A DNA stretch of 29,758 nt, from contig CAZWPQ010000020.1 in assembly GCA_964636085.1 (NCBI GenBank), forward strand, positions 7,029 to 36,786. The letters run 5' to 3'. Source of the stretch: an uncultured Nitrososphaerota archaeon (GTDB lineage: Archaea; Asgardarchaeota; Njordarchaeia; Njordarchaeales; Panguiarchaeaceae). Positions 18,061 through 28,294 of this stretch are shown here, piece by piece. How positions within the stretch are numbered: the first letter of the stretch is position 1; each line of letters opens with the position of its first letter. The notes beneath the pieces were generated by a model, which had not been told where the DNA came from, did no database searches, and saw nothing but the letters and a program-made list of their open reading frames with translations. The position numbers were made by a program, and so were the translations under genes.

Positions 18061-18511
18061 TGTTGTGTTGTATGCATATCTTAAACCCAAGAGGAAACTA
18101 GAGCTCCCCGAGAGAATCAAATGGAGAAAAAAGAAAAGTAAGGAAATCATAGAATTGGTTGAGAATGGCTCCGAAGAAGTTCTAATTTCGACGGTACATT
18201 TAGGCGAAATATTAAATATCCTGTCAAAAAAACACAGTATTGCTGTGGCTACAATGTTTCTAGCAAAAGTTTTGAAAATGAACAACATAAATATAGCAGA
18301 AGTCAATAGAGCAATTTATGAGGACTCTCTATCCCTCTCAATTACCGAGAATATAGAGCCAAATGATGCTCTGGCAATAGTTGTTATGCAAAAATATAAT
18401 TGCAGGGAAATTCTAACGTTTGATTACGATTTTTATAATGTTAAACATATAGAGAAGCCTCTCCTCAAGGAAGAGATTAAAATCTTTGGGAAACCAGGTG
18501 ATCTGAAATAA
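18041..18511 (+). CDS. vapC: PIN-domain ribonuclease toxin
   Basis: FLDSNV, HLGEI, NDALA, ILTFDYDF acidic PIN residues. Confidence 0.9.
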   Translation: MKFLDSNVVLYAYLKPKRKLELPERIKWRKKKSKEIIELVENGSEEVLISTVHLGEILNILSKKHSIAVATMFLAKVLKMNNINIAEVNRAIYEDSLSLSITENIEPNDALAIVVMQKYNCREILTFDYDFYNVKHIEKPLLKEEIKIFGKPGDLK

Positions 18512-18752
18512 CGAGATATTTTACCTCTCACCCGTATTTATCTCTTCATCCAATAGGCTATTTTTGGAAATGAGGGAAATCTTCGATAGATATAGATATA
18601 CATGTATTGATAGAAAATATCAAGGTTATGTTAATAGAGCTCTTGGATATAATTAAGAATAACAACATATTTTTTAACCCCTGTTTTTCCAAATTTACAA
18701 AAAGTTTTGTGTTTGTATATGGAGTTACCATTAGTTTATGTGATGAGGCTCT

Positions 18753-21380
18753 ATGGCAGAGATTTTAATAAGGGAGATTGGAAGAGACGATATTCCTGAT
18801 ATTATTGAGGCCCTTAAGACTGCCAAGTATGATTTTCCTTGGGGGTATCTCTATAATGTATATAGGATAGATAGGGAAGAAGTATGGGCTAGTTTAGGTG
18901 GATATGATGACTATAGAACGCTTGTTGCCGAGTACGATGGACGTGTTGTTGCTTTATTAGAGTATTATCCTCATTGGGAGGAGAAAAATAATCTTTATAT
19001 TGAATTTATCTTGACGCATAGAGATTATCGTGGGCTTGGCATAGGGACTATGCTCATAAAGCATTGTCTTAAGTTAGCGATCGATAAAAAGTTTGATATG
19101 CTTAGTCTCCACACGTGGGCAACTAATAGAGCTGTTAGGCTGTATCGTAGGACTGGTTTCTGCTGGATGCCTGGGACATATGTCTATATGAAGAATTTCG
19201 CTCCTAGGCTTTTCAAATATGTGAAAATGAAGAAAATTTTTAGAGTCCCTGAAAATCTCATCGATTGCCTAGCTGGGCCTCCTAGAGAAGAGTTTATAAA
19301 GGGTCATAGAGCTTGGAGATATCTATGGAGAATAGATGATTCATGTGTTGAGGCCCTATTTGATTCAAATACTGGTCTCCTATTAGGGTTGAGATGGAGT
19401 GATGAATATATATTGCTTGAACCCCCCGGAGATGTTGAATATCTAGCCGGCTCCAATACATCGGTGAATATTAGGACATCTATGCCGATTTCTGCATACA
19501 TTGATGAGAAAATATACAATCTGAAGCCCCAGGAGAATAGGTTATGTTTGGAGGCTAAGAAAGATAATAGGTTTCTAATAGGGCAGTTCGAGTTTGGATA
19601 TAGACTAAAGGTTCTTGATACCATTAATATCGAGGTTGAACCAGATTACCTAATAAGTCCATGTGTTTTTAGGATAATGTTATCTAATAATAGTGACTCT
19701 ACTGTATCTGGAAATCTTGTGGTTGTTCCTAGTTGCGGCCTGGAGATATATGTGAAGGAGAAAAATATAGAGTTGTCGCCTAAGGGATTTAGAGAGGTAG
19801 ACGCCTATGCATTGGGTGAGGGGAAATGTAAAATATATTTTGGTGGGGTAGAGAAGAATATCGTGGTCTTCAAGAAGGACTACATAGACAGGGATAAATG
19901 CAGGGTTACTTCACGACACTGGATTCTTGATACGAAGGAGGAGATGATCAAATGTAATGAGATCAATGACTTGGTGATATGGTGGATGTCCATTCTTAAT
20001 AACGAGAGGCTAAAATTTCATAACCCTATGGGCGATGGATTTATATCTAAGACCAAATCTGCAACTATAAAACTTACCCCAACGTTTACTGGCAATGAGT
20101 TATCCTTAGAGTTTGACATCACAGCGAATAGAGATATTGATGATTACCTAATTATGCAGTTTTGGCTATGGATGGAAAAACCCCATGAAGACAGGTTCTT
20201 TATCGTTCCTATTGGTGACTATTTTGTAAGGGAAAAACCAGTATACCCGTTCTTCCCAATGGGATACGAGTTCATCCGGGAGGAGTTAGTGCATAGAATT
20301 TTTGGTTATGACATTGATAGAAGGCGTATCCTTATTGAGTTCAGCCCAGACGGCCTTTTTACGATGCGTAATCCACATAACATAAGGATATACTATAAAG
20401 TTCGACTAAAGGCAGGTGATAAAATAAAGAAAAGGCTATGTTTTAGGCTTAGTAACCAAGAACGATGGATCAGTGGTAAGCCGATAAAGAGGGCTATCGA
20501 AACATTTATTATCGGGGATAGCCTTTATGTTAAAAATAATTGGCATAGAGCATTAGACATAACTATAAGGCATAATGGAGAAGACATTAAGGTAAAACTC
20601 GATCCCAAGGAGGAAAAGAAAATCATCCCCAATTTATGTGGGCTCGGAATTTTAAGTGTTGACATCGGCATTGCTGGATATTTTGAGAAAAGAACAATAC
20701 CATATACAGTCCCCACTAGGGTCAATTGGAGCGACAAACGTGCAGAGTACGGTAATATATCCATTACACTCGATGAACATGGCGGATCAATAAGAAGCCT
20801 AGTAATCAACGGGAAGGAAATTCTTAAGTGGAGCGACTCACCATTCTACACACCCTACCAGATTGCTAAGACCTACGGAGGATGCGCTCTTCTTATCCGT
20901 GTTGACGGGGAGGATAAAGAATTATATCTCAAAGAATGGAGATATGTCGAGAAGGGAAAATTTAGGATTAATATTGGTGACATTGAGGTTTATAGGCAAA
21001 CATACTTTCTAGATAAAACAACAATTATGGAGGAAGTAACAGTAAGAAATATTGGTAGTAAACCGAGGAAGATATCCGCTACATACATGATATTCCTCTC
21101 AAAACGCATAGGCAGAGCTGGGACGAGAGGCCTTACATCTGGCGGGGAGGACGTGTTTTCTATCTCGTCCTCGAATCATGGATGGGTAGAAATTGGCGAT
21201 GTAAAAATCGGGGTACTTCTTATTGCCTCAAAAAATCAGGGAGTTTTGATTAATCAACTGATCGGCGAAAATGGCTCGATTTCTTCACTATGGGACTGGA
21301 AAATTAAGCCAAATGAAGAAAAAACTGCCAGAATTATAATTACCGAAAACATTAAGGCCATCGAAAAATTTAGATCCTAG
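18753..21380 (+). CDS. Large GNAT-family N-acetyltransferase with long beta-rich C-terminal region
   Basis: Acetyl-CoA motif THRDYRGLGIGT and LHTWATNRAVRLYRRTGF within aa 1-150; the remaining ~720 aa are beta-rich and unassigned. Confidence 0.8.
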   Translation: MAEILIREIGRDDIPDIIEALKTAKYDFPWGYLYNVYRIDREEVWASLGGYDDYRTLVAEYDGRVVALLEYYPHWEEKNNLYIEFILTHRDYRGLGIGTMLIKHCLKLAIDKKFDMLSLHTWATNRAVRLYRRTGFCWMPGTYVYMKNFAPRLFKYVKMKKIFRVPENLIDCLAGPPREEFIKGHRAWRYLWRIDDSCVEALFDSNTGLLLGLRWSDEYILLEPPGDVEYLAGSNTSVNIRTSMPISAYIDEKIYNLKPQENRLCLEAKKDNRFLIGQFEFGYRLKVLDTINIEVEPDYLISPCVFRIMLSNNSDSTVSGNLVVVPSCGLEIYVKEKNIELSPKGFREVDAYALGEGKCKIYFGGVEKNIVVFKKDYIDRDKCRVTSRHWILDTKEEMIKCNEINDLVIWWMSILNNERLKFHNPMGDGFISKTKSATIKLTPTFTGNELSLEFDITANRDIDDYLIMQFWLWMEKPHEDRFFIVPIGDYFVREKPVYPFFPMGYEFIREELVHRIFGYDIDRRRILIEFSPDGLFTMRNPHNIRIYYKVRLKAGDKIKKRLCFRLSNQERWISGKPIKRAIETFIIGDSLYVKNNWHRALDITIRHNGEDIKVKLDPKEEKKIIPNLCGLGILSVDIGIAGYFEKRTIPYTVPTRVNWSDKRAEYGNISITLDEHGGSIRSLVINGKEILKWSDSPFYTPYQIAKTYGGCALLIRVDGEDKELYLKEWRYVEKGKFRINIGDIEVYRQTYFLDKTTIMEEVTVRNIGSKPRKISATYMIFLSKRIGRAGTRGLTSGGEDVFSISSSNHGWVEIGDVKIGVLLIASKNQGVLINQLIGENGSISSLWDWKIKPNEEKTARIIITENIKAIEKFRS

Positions 21381-21407
21381 GACAACATCTAAGCATTCAT
21401 ATCCGCA

Positions 21408-21430
21408 TTAATGCATTGCTTATGCATTAA
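21408..21430. repeat. Perfect 9-bp inverted repeat (hairpin or operator)
   Basis: TTAATGCAT-TGCTT-ATGCATTAA, 27 bp after the GNAT stop. Confidence 0.55.
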
Positions 21431-21599
21431 ATAGAGTCTCATCCTAGAGGAATCCTTTTTAAATAATATTATTCTAATTATGTATATAGATAATAAGTAG
21501 CATCTACAGGAATATAAATTCAGCCTGAATGAAGATTTATTGATGGAGGGTCTATTTTGATAAAAAATTTTCAACTAGTTGCATTATTGGGTGGGAGCA

Positions 21600-24500
21600 A
21601 TGAGGTTGGCCCCAATAATGCTCTTGGCTATCTTTTTTGTGTGTATATATTCTCCAACATTGTTATATGGCTATCAGCCTCATGAGGATGACTTAGTTAG
21701 GATTAGTGTCATAATTAATGGCGAGAGATATGTATACTATGTCAAGAGTGGACATGAATATTCCTCGCATCTTGCCGGTCGCATTAGGATAAATTTGAGG
21801 GGAGTTATCGAGACGCCTACTTTTAGTAGGGAGGATGGTGTCTGGCCAGTTATCCTTAATGGTTCTCAACTGCCAGAGCTTGTGGGTCTGTCCTATGGCA
21901 ACATACGGGTATTGTATTACAATGCTACTACCCAAGAATGGGTCGAGGTTCCATACCAGATAGATGAAAGGGGCTATAGCTACGAAATTGTTGATTATGA
22001 CTCGTCCCCAGTATATGATTGGGTGTTTACATATATAAGATGGGGCGCCCAAGAGTTAGGTCCTGGCGGCTCAGCAGATCCTAATCAAATGTCTAGAAAA
22101 TTCGATAATGATGATGAGATTGTTTTCTATGTATATAATGGCTCTAGGGTTGACGAGTCTACGTGGTGGAATACTTCTTATCCATATAGGATTGAGGTAA
22201 AGATCATCGATCCTGTGGATAATGGCCAGTGTTGGATGTATATCTATTACAATAATGAATCAGCCATAGTTGAGCCAAACCCTTACGAGGATACTGATAT
22301 GGATTATGTTGACTGGTTCTATAATAACTTGACTGTTAGAACACCATATTATGTTATGGCCATCAATACATCAAATCCAGATCTTATCAGCTATGTTAGG
22401 CCTCTCAGCGCTCCAAGCAACTTTATGAAGGAGGGATTAAAAGACTGGTTGACGGTTAATGGTACATATAATACTGGAGTTACACAACTAAATTTTGAGA
22501 AGGACTGTAATAGGGAGGGTACATGGGATGCATACTATACTGAGGTCAAGACAAATGTGGGGTATCTCAATGGACAAGATATAAGGAACGAGGCTGTTGG
22601 TAATGGTACAGCAATATCTGATGGCCCAGTACGTGTAATTGTTAATACTTCTAGCTTCATTAACGTAACCACGAGCGTAGGGACATATACAATAACAAAG
22701 ACCGAGGTTCTGCACAATATCTACTTCTTTTACAAGAAATTTAGGGGCTATCCATATAAAATAAAGATAGAGGAGAGTGAGGATCCAAATGTGCAAAATG
22801 AAAAGGTCAAATATGTATTCTCTGATGTCAATCACTTCGCGCAAGCAATGATAGGTTCGACAAGAATGTACCTAGGAAATTATACACAGGGAGGATACTT
22901 TGGTGTGAACATATTAGATGGTGATGGGACTGATGACTACTATACATCGGGTGGAGACCCATGGACACCAAATCTCGCCCCCATTAGGAACAATGACGAT
23001 ATACCTGAGTGGATAGTAATCAATAATAGCTTTATGTTAGAGTTCATATATTTCCCCTACCTTATACTACTGGATATAAAGCAGAATGCGAGTGGGGTAT
23101 ACATGTATTGGAAAGATGAACCCACAATAACAGAGTTTGGTGTGGTCGTGGAGGCGTTGGATATTCCAGTAAACACAATGACGGTATTTATTGCGGATGC
23201 TATCACAAAATTAGAGGGGGCAACATCCACAACAGAGATAAATAATATGGGGCAGAAATGGTTCCAGTATTTCAACGAGACAAAACTCTATCTGAGGGAT
23301 GAAGAAACCCTGACATCCGACATTGTTTTTCTTTCAACGGAAACAACATCTCAGTCCACACCGCAGGACACAAACCCTCCAGTAGTCACAATCGACGAAC
23401 CCGAGAACAATAGTATTGTTGGTGGAAGTACGGTGATTCAAGTTTCCTCGAGTGATGAGAATCCCGATACAACATGGCTTACAATCGATGGAAATACCGT
23501 TGCCACATGGAGTGGTGCTGGAACATTCACATATGACTGGGATACGACAGGTTATTCTGATGGAGAGCATCAAATAGTAGCATATGCAAACGATACGGCT
23601 GGAAATATCGGAAGCTATAGTATAATAGTTACTGTTGATAATATGCCTCCATCAGTAACAATAGATCAACCCCAGGATGGGAGTTATGTTAAGGGCACTA
23701 TTACAATTCAGGTAACATCGGATGATTCGCATCCCAATACTACATGGCTTGAGATTGATGGTAATATTGTTGATTCTTGGAGCGGCTCTGGCACATTCGC
23801 ATATTCTTGGGATACAACATCGGTCGACGATGGTACACACCAAATAGTAGCGTATGCTAATGATAGTGTTGGAAATTTAGCAAACCAAAGTATTGTTGTA
23901 ACCGTAGATAATACTCCTCCCGATGTATCGATAACAGATCCCCAGAATAATAGTTTGGTAAGTGGAACCGTGAATATTCATGTTAATTCGAGCGATCAAA
24001 ATCCCGACACTACCTGGCTGGAGATTAATGGTACTGTTGTGCAGACTTGGGGTGGAGAGGGAACATTTACATATAGCTGGGATACAACAAGCTACTCTGA
24101 TGGAGTATATGAAATCGTGGCATATGCAAATGATTCGGCTGGAAATATTAAGAGTTACAAAATATATGTTGAGGTGGACAATACCCCACCATCAGTAACC
24201 ATAGATTCTCCAGCAAATAATAGTGTCGTAAGTGGTGTTGTTGATGTAATAGTTGCGTCTAATGACCCTCATAATGACACTACTTGGTTGACAATCAATG
24301 GTACTATTGTCCAGACATGGTCTGGAGCTGGCACATTTACATATTCTTGGAACACTACGGCGTATGAAAATGGTTATTATGAGTTGGTAGCCTATGCCAA
24401 CGATACATTAGGGAATATGGATAGCTATAGGATAATTATAGAAGTTGCGAATGAGGCCTTATCTGTCTCAATAACTACCCCTAGTAACAATAGTGTTGTG

Positions 24501-27500
24501 GGCGGAATAATAAATATCACGGTTACATCTTCAAGTGCAAATACAACTTGGCTCGTTATAGATGGTACATCCAGACAATATTGGTCAGATTCTGGAACAT
24601 TTATATATCAATGGAACACCACAATTGAGAGTGAGGGTCAACATGAAATAGTTGCATATGCAAATGATACTGAGGGTAATATTGCCAGCTATAGGATACT
24701 AGTAGTCGTAGATAATACTCCTCCAAATGTCATCATTAATACTCCTGCAAACGAAAGTTTGTTAAGCGGGATAGTTACAATATCGATATCGTCTAGTGAT
24801 TCTCATGCAGACACTACATGGCTAGAGATAAACAGTTCGGCCGTACAATACTGGCCCGGTGATGGCACCTTTTCCTATTCTTGGGACACGGGCACTTATT
24901 CTGACGGTGATTATGAAATTCGGGCCTATGCCAATGATACCGCTGGTAATACAGCGTATTATAGTATAATAGTAACTGTTGATAATACTCCCCCGCAAGT
25001 AACAATATCTAACCCAACAAATAACTCTGTGGTTGGTGGTGTTGTTGTCATAGAAATAGTTTCTAGCGATGCTCATCCAAACATAACGTGGCTTGAAATA
25101 AACGGTTCGTTGGTTCAATACTGGCCTGGTGATGGTACATTTACGTATTCTTGGGACACAGAATCTGTTTCGGATGGGACATATAAGATTGCTGCCTTTG
25201 CTAATGATACGCTGGGCAATATTGCCAGCTATACCATATTTGTTGATGTGGATAATTCGCCACCTAGTGTTGTGATAAACGCCCCTGTCAATAATAGTGT
25301 TGTTGGTGGAGTAGTGACAATAGAGCTCTCTTCTGACGACCCTCACGGAGATAATACTTGGTTAATTATTGATGACGCATTAGTGCAGACCTGGTCTGGA
25401 TGTGGAACATATACATATGATTGGAACTCGAATAGTGTGGCTGACGGTAATCATGAAATAAAGGCACATGCCAATGACACTGTGGGAAATACTGCCTATT
25501 ATAGAATAATTGTAGAGGTAGATAATACCCAGCCAAACGTAGTTATAAATTCTCCCCAGAATAATAGTATTGTTAATGGAACAATAACAATAGAATTGTC
25601 ATCGAGCGATCTTCATCCCGATAAGACATGGCTAGACATTGATGATGCAACAGTTAGTATTTGGGATGGATCTGGAACATTTACATACCAATGGGACACA
25701 ACAAGTGTTACTGACGGTAACCACGAAATAGTGGCATATGCCAATGATACCGTTGGGAATGTTGGTACCTACAGCATTATAGTGACTGTGGATAATACTC
25801 CTCCATCAGTTACAATAACCTCCCCTGATAACGATTCTACTGTAGGAACTACGTTTGACGTTACTTGGGACGCTAGCGATCAGGCTACTGATATAGAGAA
25901 AGTCGAAGTATATCTTAATGGTACCCTAGAAGCAACATACGTTAAGGATGTAAATATGACAAACACACATACATTCGAGAATTTGGAGGCAGGAAAGGAC
26001 TACTTGGTAAACATAACAGTATATGATAGTGCTGGATGGTCCTCCAGCGATGAAATTTTAGTTCATACTTCTGGGTTCTTCATATCAATACTTTCACCTA
26101 GTAACTGGGATGCCTTTAATACTACTTGGGTAGTTGTCGAGTGGGATTATGGTCAGATAGATACCGTCACAATTCTCCTAAATGGCACGCCCCATGCTAC
26201 CGTTCCCGCTAGTACGCGTTCTTATAATATTACAAATCTATATGAGAGTGTATGGAATATAACGCTTGTTGGTACAAATGCGACAACCCTAGAGCAGACA
26301 TCAGATACTGTTATGATATATATCGATATGACTCCACCCTATGTGAATATCTTAACTCCTAAGGATGACGAACTATTAAATACTAGCGATGTATATGTGG
26401 AATGGGAGGGGTACGACCAAGAAACCAGTGGCTCCTCAGGAATTGATCATTATGAGGTAAGAGCGGATGATGGTGCTTGGATTAATGTTGGTACAGCAAC
26501 GAGTTATACGATAACATTAACGGAGGGATCCCATAGGATATATGTTAGGGTATACGATAGGGCTGGTAATGTGGCCCTAGACTATGTCGATATAACCGTG
26601 GATACGACTCCACCAAGTATAGCGATAACTTCTCCAAACAACAACTCTTACATTGCGAGTAACAATATAGCGATAGGTTGGGACGCAAGTGATAATTATG
26701 GCATTGACCACTTCGAGATAAAATGGGACAGTGGAGCGAGGAGCGACATAGGTCTTCGTTTTTCATATACAATCCAAGGACTAGTCGAGGGTGAACATAA
26801 TATTACTGTTTATGCCATAGACAAAGCTGGCAATGTTGCATTCTCTACGATAACAATATATGTAGACATGACACATCCAACAATAACGATAACATCCCCC
26901 TCATCAACACTAATAACGAATCAAACATCCATAACAATAGAATGGACTGGGAGTGATAACCTTGGGATAGATCATTACGAGCTACGAATAGATAGGGGGG
27001 CATGGATAGACATCGGATCATCAACAAGCCATACAGTAGTATTGTCGGAGGGAGAACATGTGGTATGCATTAGGGCGGTAGATCATGCTGGCCTATGTGT
27101 CCAAAGGTATGTGTATATAATAGTGGACATAACCCCCCCAATAATAAGCTTAGAATCCCCAGAAAATAACTCCTACATAAATAGCCCCAACGTAACCATA
27201 CACTGGAATGTATCAGATAATTATGCGTATCGATCATCCAGCATAAGAATTAATGGTGGCGAATGGATAAACATTGGAAGAGAAGTATCGTACTACTTGA
27301 CGAATTTGGATGAGGGAGAGCATGTGTTAGAGATAGTCGCGAGAGACTATGCAGGAAATGCGGCAAAAATAATATTGATATTCACCATAGATTTAACAGA
27401 CCCACAACTCCAAATCCTTACCCCCATAGATGGATCCATACTAACCTCTGAAAACATCACTGTTGAGTGGAATGGTAGTGATAATGTTGGGCTTGATTAC

Positions 27501-27980
27501 TATGAAATCAGGCTATCCAATGGCGACTGGATAAACGTTGGGCTCTCCACAGAATATACCTTCACTGGGTTAGACTCCGGTGTCTATGTAATATACCTAA
27601 TGGCGGTCGACAAGGCCAAAAATAAGGCCACAGCATATATAACCGTAAGAGTCCAAGCGTCTAATAAAGCAAAGAAACTTATCCCTAATAATGAAACGAA
27701 CATAGAACACGTATTATTCTGCGAATATGGGAACAGAGAAATCGAGAATAAATCAAGTACCCACATATCTTTAAGAGTCAAAAACAATGTATCCATGACA
27801 ATAATAGACCATCAAAATAGAGAACCAATACCTCAACCATGTCACAACAAATGGAGCACTATAGAAAACTTTCTAGTAGATCCAGTAGCTACAATTCTAA
27901 AGCCAACCATAGATCCAGCCCCCTACGCTCCACGGCAAAAATCCTTAATATCCCCAAGGTTGATACAATTCCACACATAA
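21600..27980 (+). CDS. Giant secreted/surface protein with N-terminal domain of unknown function and 16 Ig-like repeats
   Basis: ATG 21600 (GGGAG upstream) gives signal peptide MRLAPIMLLAIFFVCIYSP; repeats DNTPPxVxIxxPxNNS...ANDxxGN; abundant sequons; no C-terminal TM. Confidence 0.88.
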   Translation: MRLAPIMLLAIFFVCIYSPTLLYGYQPHEDDLVRISVIINGERYVYYVKSGHEYSSHLAGRIRINLRGVIETPTFSREDGVWPVILNGSQLPELVGLSYGNIRVLYYNATTQEWVEVPYQIDERGYSYEIVDYDSSPVYDWVFTYIRWGAQELGPGGSADPNQMSRKFDNDDEIVFYVYNGSRVDESTWWNTSYPYRIEVKIIDPVDNGQCWMYIYYNNESAIVEPNPYEDTDMDYVDWFYNNLTVRTPYYVMAINTSNPDLISYVRPLSAPSNFMKEGLKDWLTVNGTYNTGVTQLNFEKDCNREGTWDAYYTEVKTNVGYLNGQDIRNEAVGNGTAISDGPVRVIVNTSSFINVTTSVGTYTITKTEVLHNIYFFYKKFRGYPYKIKIEESEDPNVQNEKVKYVFSDVNHFAQAMIGSTRMYLGNYTQGGYFGVNILDGDGTDDYYTSGGDPWTPNLAPIRNNDDIPEWIVINNSFMLEFIYFPYLILLDIKQNASGVYMYWKDEPTITEFGVVVEALDIPVNTMTVFIADAITKLEGATSTTEINNMGQKWFQYFNETKLYLRDEETLTSDIVFLSTETTSQSTPQDTNPPVVTIDEPENNSIVGGSTVIQVSSSDENPDTTWLTIDGNTVATWSGAGTFTYDWDTTGYSDGEHQIVAYANDTAGNIGSYSIIVTVDNMPPSVTIDQPQDGSYVKGTITIQVTSDDSHPNTTWLEIDGNIVDSWSGSGTFAYSWDTTSVDDGTHQIVAYANDSVGNLANQSIVVTVDNTPPDVSITDPQNNSLVSGTVNIHVNSSDQNPDTTWLEINGTVVQTWGGEGTFTYSWDTTSYSDGVYEIVAYANDSAGNIKSYKIYVEVDNTPPSVTIDSPANNSVVSGVVDVIVASNDPHNDTTWLTINGTIVQTWSGAGTFTYSWNTTAYENGYYELVAYANDTLGNMDSYRIIIEVANEALSVSITTPSNNSVVGGIINITVTSSSANTTWLVIDGTSRQYWSDSGTFIYQWNTTIESEGQHEIVAYANDTEGNIASYRILVVVDNTPPNVIINTPANESLLSGIVTISISSSDSHADTTWLEINSSAVQYWPGDGTFSYSWDTGTYSDGDYEIRAYANDTAGNTAYYSIIVTVDNTPPQVTISNPTNNSVVGGVVVIEIVSSDAHPNITWLEINGSLVQYWPGDGTFTYSWDTESVSDGTYKIAAFANDTLGNIASYTIFVDVDNSPPSVVINAPVNNSVVGGVVTIELSSDDPHGDNTWLIIDDALVQTWSGCGTYTYDWNSNSVADGNHEIKAHANDTVGNTAYYRIIVEVDNTQPNVVINSPQNNSIVNGTITIELSSSDLHPDKTWLDIDDATVSIWDGSGTFTYQWDTTSVTDGNHEIVAYANDTVGNVGTYSIIVTVDNTPPSVTITSPDNDSTVGTTFDVTWDASDQATDIEKVEVYLNGTLEATYVKDVNMTNTHTFENLEAGKDYLVNITVYDSAGWSSSDEILVHTSGFFISILSPSNWDAFNTTWVVVEWDYGQIDTVTILLNGTPHATVPASTRSYNITNLYESVWNITLVGTNATTLEQTSDTVMIYIDMTPPYVNILTPKDDELLNTSDVYVEWEGYDQETSGSSGIDHYEVRADDGAWINVGTATSYTITLTEGSHRIYVRVYDRAGNVALDYVDITVDTTPPSIAITSPNNNSYIASNNIAIGWDASDNYGIDHFEIKWDSGARSDIGLRFSYTIQGLVEGEHNITVYAIDKAGNVAFSTITIYVDMTHPTITITSPSSTLITNQTSITIEWTGSDNLGIDHYELRIDRGAWIDIGSSTSHTVVLSEGEHVVCIRAVDHAGLCVQRYVYIIVDITPPIISLESPENNSYINSPNVTIHWNVSDNYAYRSSSIRINGGEWINIGREVSYYLTNLDEGEHVLEIVARDYAGNAAKIILIFTIDLTDPQLQILTPIDGSILTSENITVEWNGSDNVGLDYYEIRLSNGDWINVGLSTEYTFTGLDSGVYVIYLMAVDKAKNKATAYITVRVQASNKAKKLIPNNETNIEHVLFCEYGNREIENKSSTHISLRVKNNVSMTIIDHQNREPIPQPCHNKWSTIENFLVDPVATILKPTIDPAPYAPRQKSLISPRLIQFHT
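23367..25790 (+). repeat. Nine tandem ~270-bp coding repeats (Ig-like, type A)
   Basis: Unit starts at 23367, 23637, 23907, 24177, 24447, 24711, 24981, 25251, 25521 (270 bp each; fifth unit 264 bp). Confidence 0.9.
25791..27653 (+). repeat. Seven more divergent Ig/Fn3-like coding repeats (type B)
   Basis: DxTPPxIxIxSP...WxxSD...IDHYE..D.G.WI..G...EGEH...DxAGN units. Confidence 0.8.
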
Positions 27981-28294
27981 CCGAGACCTTTATGCCTCCA
28001 AGCCCACATCTAGTACCACGAAAAAAGCTAATATTATTTGAAAATATGTGTTGGAGAACCCGCTTTATCCTCATTGGGCTAGCATCACCATATGAACTCG
28101 AGTATAGAGCATTCAGAAGACTCACTAGAGTCCCTACTCTTCCTGACCAGACTTTTGTGCCCATACTAGGGGGCATATGAGGGCAATAAAACTATTACTT
28201 TTGTGGCTGTCCTTTATTGACATCTTTTTTAAGAAAAATTCCCTATTTTTATATATGTGTCAAAGATTTTTTAGCTGCTTGTATGGGGGGCAAA

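Noticed and set aside
17524-18306. Minus-strand ORFs around vapBC
   Set aside because: Overlap the TA genes or promoter and have no recognisable features.
18607-18623. TTGATA-N5-TATCAA palindrome upstream of the GNAT gene
   Set aside because: 6-bp AT-rich arms in an AT-rich spacer; a similar site near 21557 has different spacing.
23367-25790. Possible CRISPR array or diversity-generating retroelement repeats
   Set aside because: Repeats are in-frame, degenerate 270-bp protein domains; no spacers, cas genes or reverse transcriptase in the window.
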